A program made the position numbers and the translations under genes. Source: a virus (lineage: Duplodnaviria; Heunggongvirae; Uroviricota; Caudoviricetes). From it: a stretch of DNA of 9,196 bases. Positions 6,680 to 9,196 of this stretch are shown one piece after another. Where the stretch lies: the IMG/VR virus record IMGVR_UViG_2740892036_000008; one strand, given 5' to 3'. Position 1 is the first letter of the stretch, and every line of letters starts with the position of its first letter. The notes beneath the pieces were generated by a model. That model ran no database searches and was not told the DNA's origin. It saw only the letters and a program-made list of their open reading frames with translations.

Positions 6680-7505
6680 GGTTTACCTCCAGACGTTTAG
6701 CGAGCCAGCGTTGCGACAGGCGGGTGAGTTCTCCTTTGCGCTGCTCATATTCCATGCCCATATCAATTAACGTGATATTGGTGCTTTCGAGATATGAGAG
6801 GTGCTCAAGCTGTTCTGCGTTCATATGGTCGCGAGGTTCGCCAGAATAGCCATTTATCCGCGCCCACTGCTTAGCAGTTAGCCCACCAAGAACGATACGA
6901 GAAATCATATTGCTCTCGTTTGTGTAGTGGTGTTGCTGCGTCGTTTTACCCATCTCGGCACGGGCCATATTCAGCGCATCGCACATCGGCTTAAAGTTGT
7001 TTGCGGCACTGATACGGGCTTTTAGCTGGCGACGATAGCGGGCGGCGATTTCAGGCACGCTACGCTGTAATTCTTCCTCGCACTGGATGAAATAACGGCG
7101 GATAGCGCGGCCCTGTTCGGTGCGTTCGATCATTGCCAGTTCTTTCGCCATTCCGACACTTAACAGATAGTCTTTGCCGGGTCTGCCAGAGTGCTTAATC
7201 TTGCTGTAAGCCGCGCCATTCGGGCTTTTCCCCAAATTTGGGGAAATAGTTTTATGGACTGAGTAATCGTGCCCAATGGTGAAGTCATATTCAGAGATGC
7301 GATCAGTGATCCATGTAGAGAAGTCTTTTCCCACGCCCAACGCTTTGTGTAACGCTTTTGCGCTAACAATATTGGTTTCACGCCCACCGATATGACCAGG
7401 AATAACCGGGACAATTGCGGCAAATTCATTACCGTTAATTGTGCCCTGATAGGCGTTCAGATGAGGGGCGGCCTCAGAAATTAATCTGCTTTTTTCGATG
7501 TTCAT
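6672..7505 (-). CDS. phage antirepressor-like protein (Bro-N / KilAC-type domains, tentative)
   Basis: 277 aa; ATG at 7505-7503 with GGAG upstream; TAA at 6674-6672. Central motif DYLLSVGMAKELAMIERTEQGRAIRRYFIQCEEEL is characteristic of phage antirepressor (Ant/KilAC-type) proteins; N-terminal segment IVSAKALHKALGVGKDFSTWITDRI is compatible with a Bro-N/KilA-N-like fold. Confidence 0.65.
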   Translation of the reverse strand: MNIEKSRLISEAAPHLNAYQGTINGNEFAAIVPVIPGHIGGRETNIVSAKALHKALGVGKDFSTWITDRISEYDFTIGHDYSVHKTISPNLGKSPNGAAYSKIKHSGRPGKDYLLSVGMAKELAMIERTEQGRAIRRYFIQCEEELQRSVPEIAARYRRQLKARISAANNFKPMCDALNMARAEMGKTTQQHHYTNESNMISRIVLGGLTAKQWARINGYSGEPRDHMNAEQLEHLSYLESTNITLIDMGMEYEQRKGELTRLSQRWLAKRLEVNHA

Positions 7506-7517
7506 TTTCAGTCTCCG

Positions 7518-7952
7518 TTAGGCGGCGGTGAGATTGTCCGGGTATAGATTGAGAATGTCGGCAATTTCAGGCTGAGAAAGTCCCTGATAGCCCCCAGCGT
7601 CGGCGTTATGGTTCACAAGCCGAATAACTTTTAGAACGTCACCGCGCCCGGTAAAGCGATAGCGTAAATGTGACCCGATCCCGTCGGGATTCTTTTCGTC
7701 GATACGCTCTAACTGAATATCAAGCCTGCGTTCTAACTCGCTGGCGTAGTTCCTTCCAGACGAAAGGCGGCAGTAGCGCAGAATGTCGTTTTCTGTCCAT
7801 CCCTCTACCCCAGTGCGTAGCATATAGACGCGGGCGCGGTGCTTCTTCGGTGTGCGGCGTGGCGCTTGTGTGGTGGGCGCTGGTGGCGTAACATCAGATC
7901 CGCGAATATCTATGTTAGCCGCCTGCTGTCCGGGGCGGTTTTCTTTTTTCAT
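7518..7952 (-). CDS. hypothetical protein (144 aa), basic Pro/Thr-rich N-terminus
   Basis: ATG at 7952-7950 overlaps the AlpA stop (ATGA); AAGGTGG upstream; TAA at 7520-7518, 12 nt before the antirepressor start. No family recognised. Confidence 0.6.
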   Translation of the reverse strand: MKKENRPGQQAANIDIRGSDVTPPAPTTQAPRRTPKKHRARVYMLRTGVEGWTENDILRYCRLSSGRNYASELERRLDIQLERIDEKNPDGIGSHLRYRFTGRGDVLKVIRLVNHNADAGGYQGLSQPEIADILNLYPDNLTAA

Positions 7953-8170
7953 CAGGCCACCTTCCCGCGACGCTCTGCCAGCCAGTTGTTAATCTCTACC
8001 GCATCAAAGGCGGTAATCTTCTCGCCCAGCTTTACCGGGCGCGGCAGAACCCCATTGCGAACTTTGCGATCAATGGTGGAAACGCTAACGCCCAGCAATT
8101 CAGCAAGGCGGAAGCGTCGGATATAGCCAGATTGGGGGATTGTGTGGGTTGTTGCGTTATGTGTTGCCAT
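7952..8170 (-). CDS. alpA: AlpA-family phage transcriptional regulator (HTH, Vis/AlpA-like)
   Basis: 72 aa; ATG at 8170-8168. Sequence RRFRLAELLGVSVSTIDRKVRNGVLPRPVKLGEKITAFDAVEINNWLAERR matches the AlpA/Vis helix-turn-helix pattern. First gene of a tightly packed co-directional gene string. Confidence 0.8.
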   Translation of the reverse strand: MATHNATTHTIPQSGYIRRFRLAELLGVSVSTIDRKVRNGVLPRPVKLGEKITAFDAVEINNWLAERRGKVA

Positions 8171-8262
8171 ATGTCCCGTAACCTCTTTTGATGGTTGTTG
8201 CTTCGTTACGGGTATGATGGGAGCAATAGATTGTAATGTATCGGAATTATTAGAAAACTCCC

Positions 8263-8281
8263 CGGAATTTTCATAATTCCG
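8263..8281 (-). terminator. possible weak terminator hairpin immediately after the cargo gene stop
   Basis: On the minus strand: CGGAAUU-AUGAA-AAUUCCG (7-bp stem, 5-nt loop) directly 3' of the stop codon at 8284-8282, with UUUU a few nt further on. AU-rich stem, so weak. Confidence 0.25.
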
Positions 8282-9196
8282 TTATCGGTTGACTCCCCCT
8301 TTTCGCAGCCAATCTATAAGCGTCTTATCATCATCCGGGAGTGGTAGCTCCTCACCTTTATTGTTAGCTTTATTTCTCAGTTGTGTAATGCTGCCTTTTA
8401 AATCACTATCGGTTAAGCCTATACGTTTAAGTAATGCGACAATTAGTCTCATCTGTTTTTCTGTTGTTTTTACTGGTTTTCCTACATTCATTTCCGTCGG
8501 CGGTAAGGGAATAACACCTCCGTTAATCATGCTTTTAATCGGCTCGCCTGTGTCTATTGCGTCTTTGAGTTTTAAAATGGTATCTCTGGCAATAAATAGA
8601 TCGGAAGTTGTCAAAGTCTCATTAAGCGCAGGTTTTCGGCTCTCACTTAACTGAAACCCTATGCTTTCGGCTAGTTGTCTGTTTAGCGTAGGTAGCCAGC
8701 TCTGATTAAAATATCTATCGCTAATTATCTGACACGAAAGGCCAGTCTTCTCGCGGAAAGTGTCCCATCCGAACGGCCTGAAAATTGTCGTGTCTATCAC
8801 CCTTGCCCTCTTAGAATAAAGAAGACTTTCTATTTCACTGTGTCCCAGACACCATAGCCCGTTCGCCAATCCTCTAAATAAAATAAGCCCACTATCTGTT
8901 TTGTATGCGTCATGTTCGGTGAGCGTGGAATTAAAATGAGATATATAGTTGCCCTCACGAAAAAGAAATGATGAGTTTCCTTTGTGTTCGTGATAAAACT
9001 CAATTGGGTCTTTTATATCTTTACCGCCTATAAAAGCCAAAGTAGAAGAAAATCCTCTCATCATTATACACAACGGTATAGCCCCAATAACTCCATAGTG
9101 AAGTAAATCATCTGTATCGCATTGCAGGTGATGCTGCCAACTTACTGATTTAGTGTATGATGGTGTTTTTGAGGTGCTCCAGTGGCTTCTGTTTCT
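8282..9196 (-). CDS. hypothetical cargo protein, AT-rich, 5' end probably outside the window
   Basis: TAA at 8284-8282. ORF-track start is TTG at 9073 (ATG at 9064 and 9061), but the same frame stays open with no stop up to the window edge at 9196, so the true start may lie beyond the window. Region 8220-9196 is visibly lower in G+C (about 40%) than the rest (about 55%), with different codon usage. No family recognised. Confidence 0.5.
   Translation of the reverse strand, partial: RNRSHWSTSKTPSYTKSVSWQHHLQCDTDDLLHYGVIGAIPLCIMMRGFSSTLAFIGGKDIKDPIEFYHEHKGNSSFLFREGNYISHFNSTLTEHDAYKTDSGLILFRGLANGLWCLGHSEIESLLYSKRARVIDTTIFRPFGWDTFREKTGLSCQIISDRYFNQSWLPTLNRQLAESIGFQLSESRKPALNETLTTSDLFIARDTILKLKDAIDTGEPIKSMINGGVIPLPPTEMNVGKPVKTTEKQMRLIVALLKRIGLTDSDLKGSITQLRNKANNKGEELPLPDDDKTLIDWLRKGGVNR

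Noticed and set aside
5947-6849. ORFs 5947..6210 (+), 6559..6849 (+) and 7160..7429 (-)
   Set aside because: The first crosses the structured leader antisense to its hairpins; the second is antisense to the DUF4222-like and antirepressor genes; the third is an alternative frame inside the antirepressor CDS. None has a credible start context.
7670-8654. Plus-strand ORFs 7670..7891, 7839..8126 and 8289..8654
   Set aside because: They are antisense to the 144-aa gene, alpA and the cargo gene respectively. The 8289..8654 frame is serine/leucine-rich, as expected for the reverse frame of an AT-rich coding sequence.
1-9196. Integrase, sid/delta/psu capsid-redirecting genes, and toxin-antitoxin pairs
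   Set aside because: I looked for Zn-finger Ogr/Delta-like small proteins, tyrosine-recombinase motifs and convergent small-gene pairs. None is present in this window; they may lie in flanking sequence.

Overview
All credible genes in this 9.2-kb window lie on the minus strand and read as the regulatory and replication core of a phage-satellite-like integrative element (P4-like or PICI-like) in an enterobacterial-type genome. From high to low coordinates: an AT-rich cargo gene cut by the window edge, an AlpA-family regulator, a 144-aa protein, an antirepressor-like protein, a small DUF4222-like protein, a ~520-bp structured non-coding leader with a terminator-like hairpin, an Icd-like small gene plus three translationally coupled small ORFs, a 919-aa zinc-ribbon/Toprim/helicase primase (P4 alpha-like), a phased iteron cluster bounded by a 31-bp perfect inverted repeat (candidate origin), an SSB, a PerC-like small regulator, a ~400-bp motif-rich intergenic region and a 125-aa basic protein. 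No integrase, tRNA, rRNA, CRISPR array or capsid-remodelling genes (sid/delta/psu type) are visible here. The most likely places for something undescribed are the AT-rich cargo gene at the right edge, the four small genes ahead of the primase, and the structured leader. Family names come from motifs recognised by eye; no database search or structure prediction was run, and all coordinates were counted by hand.
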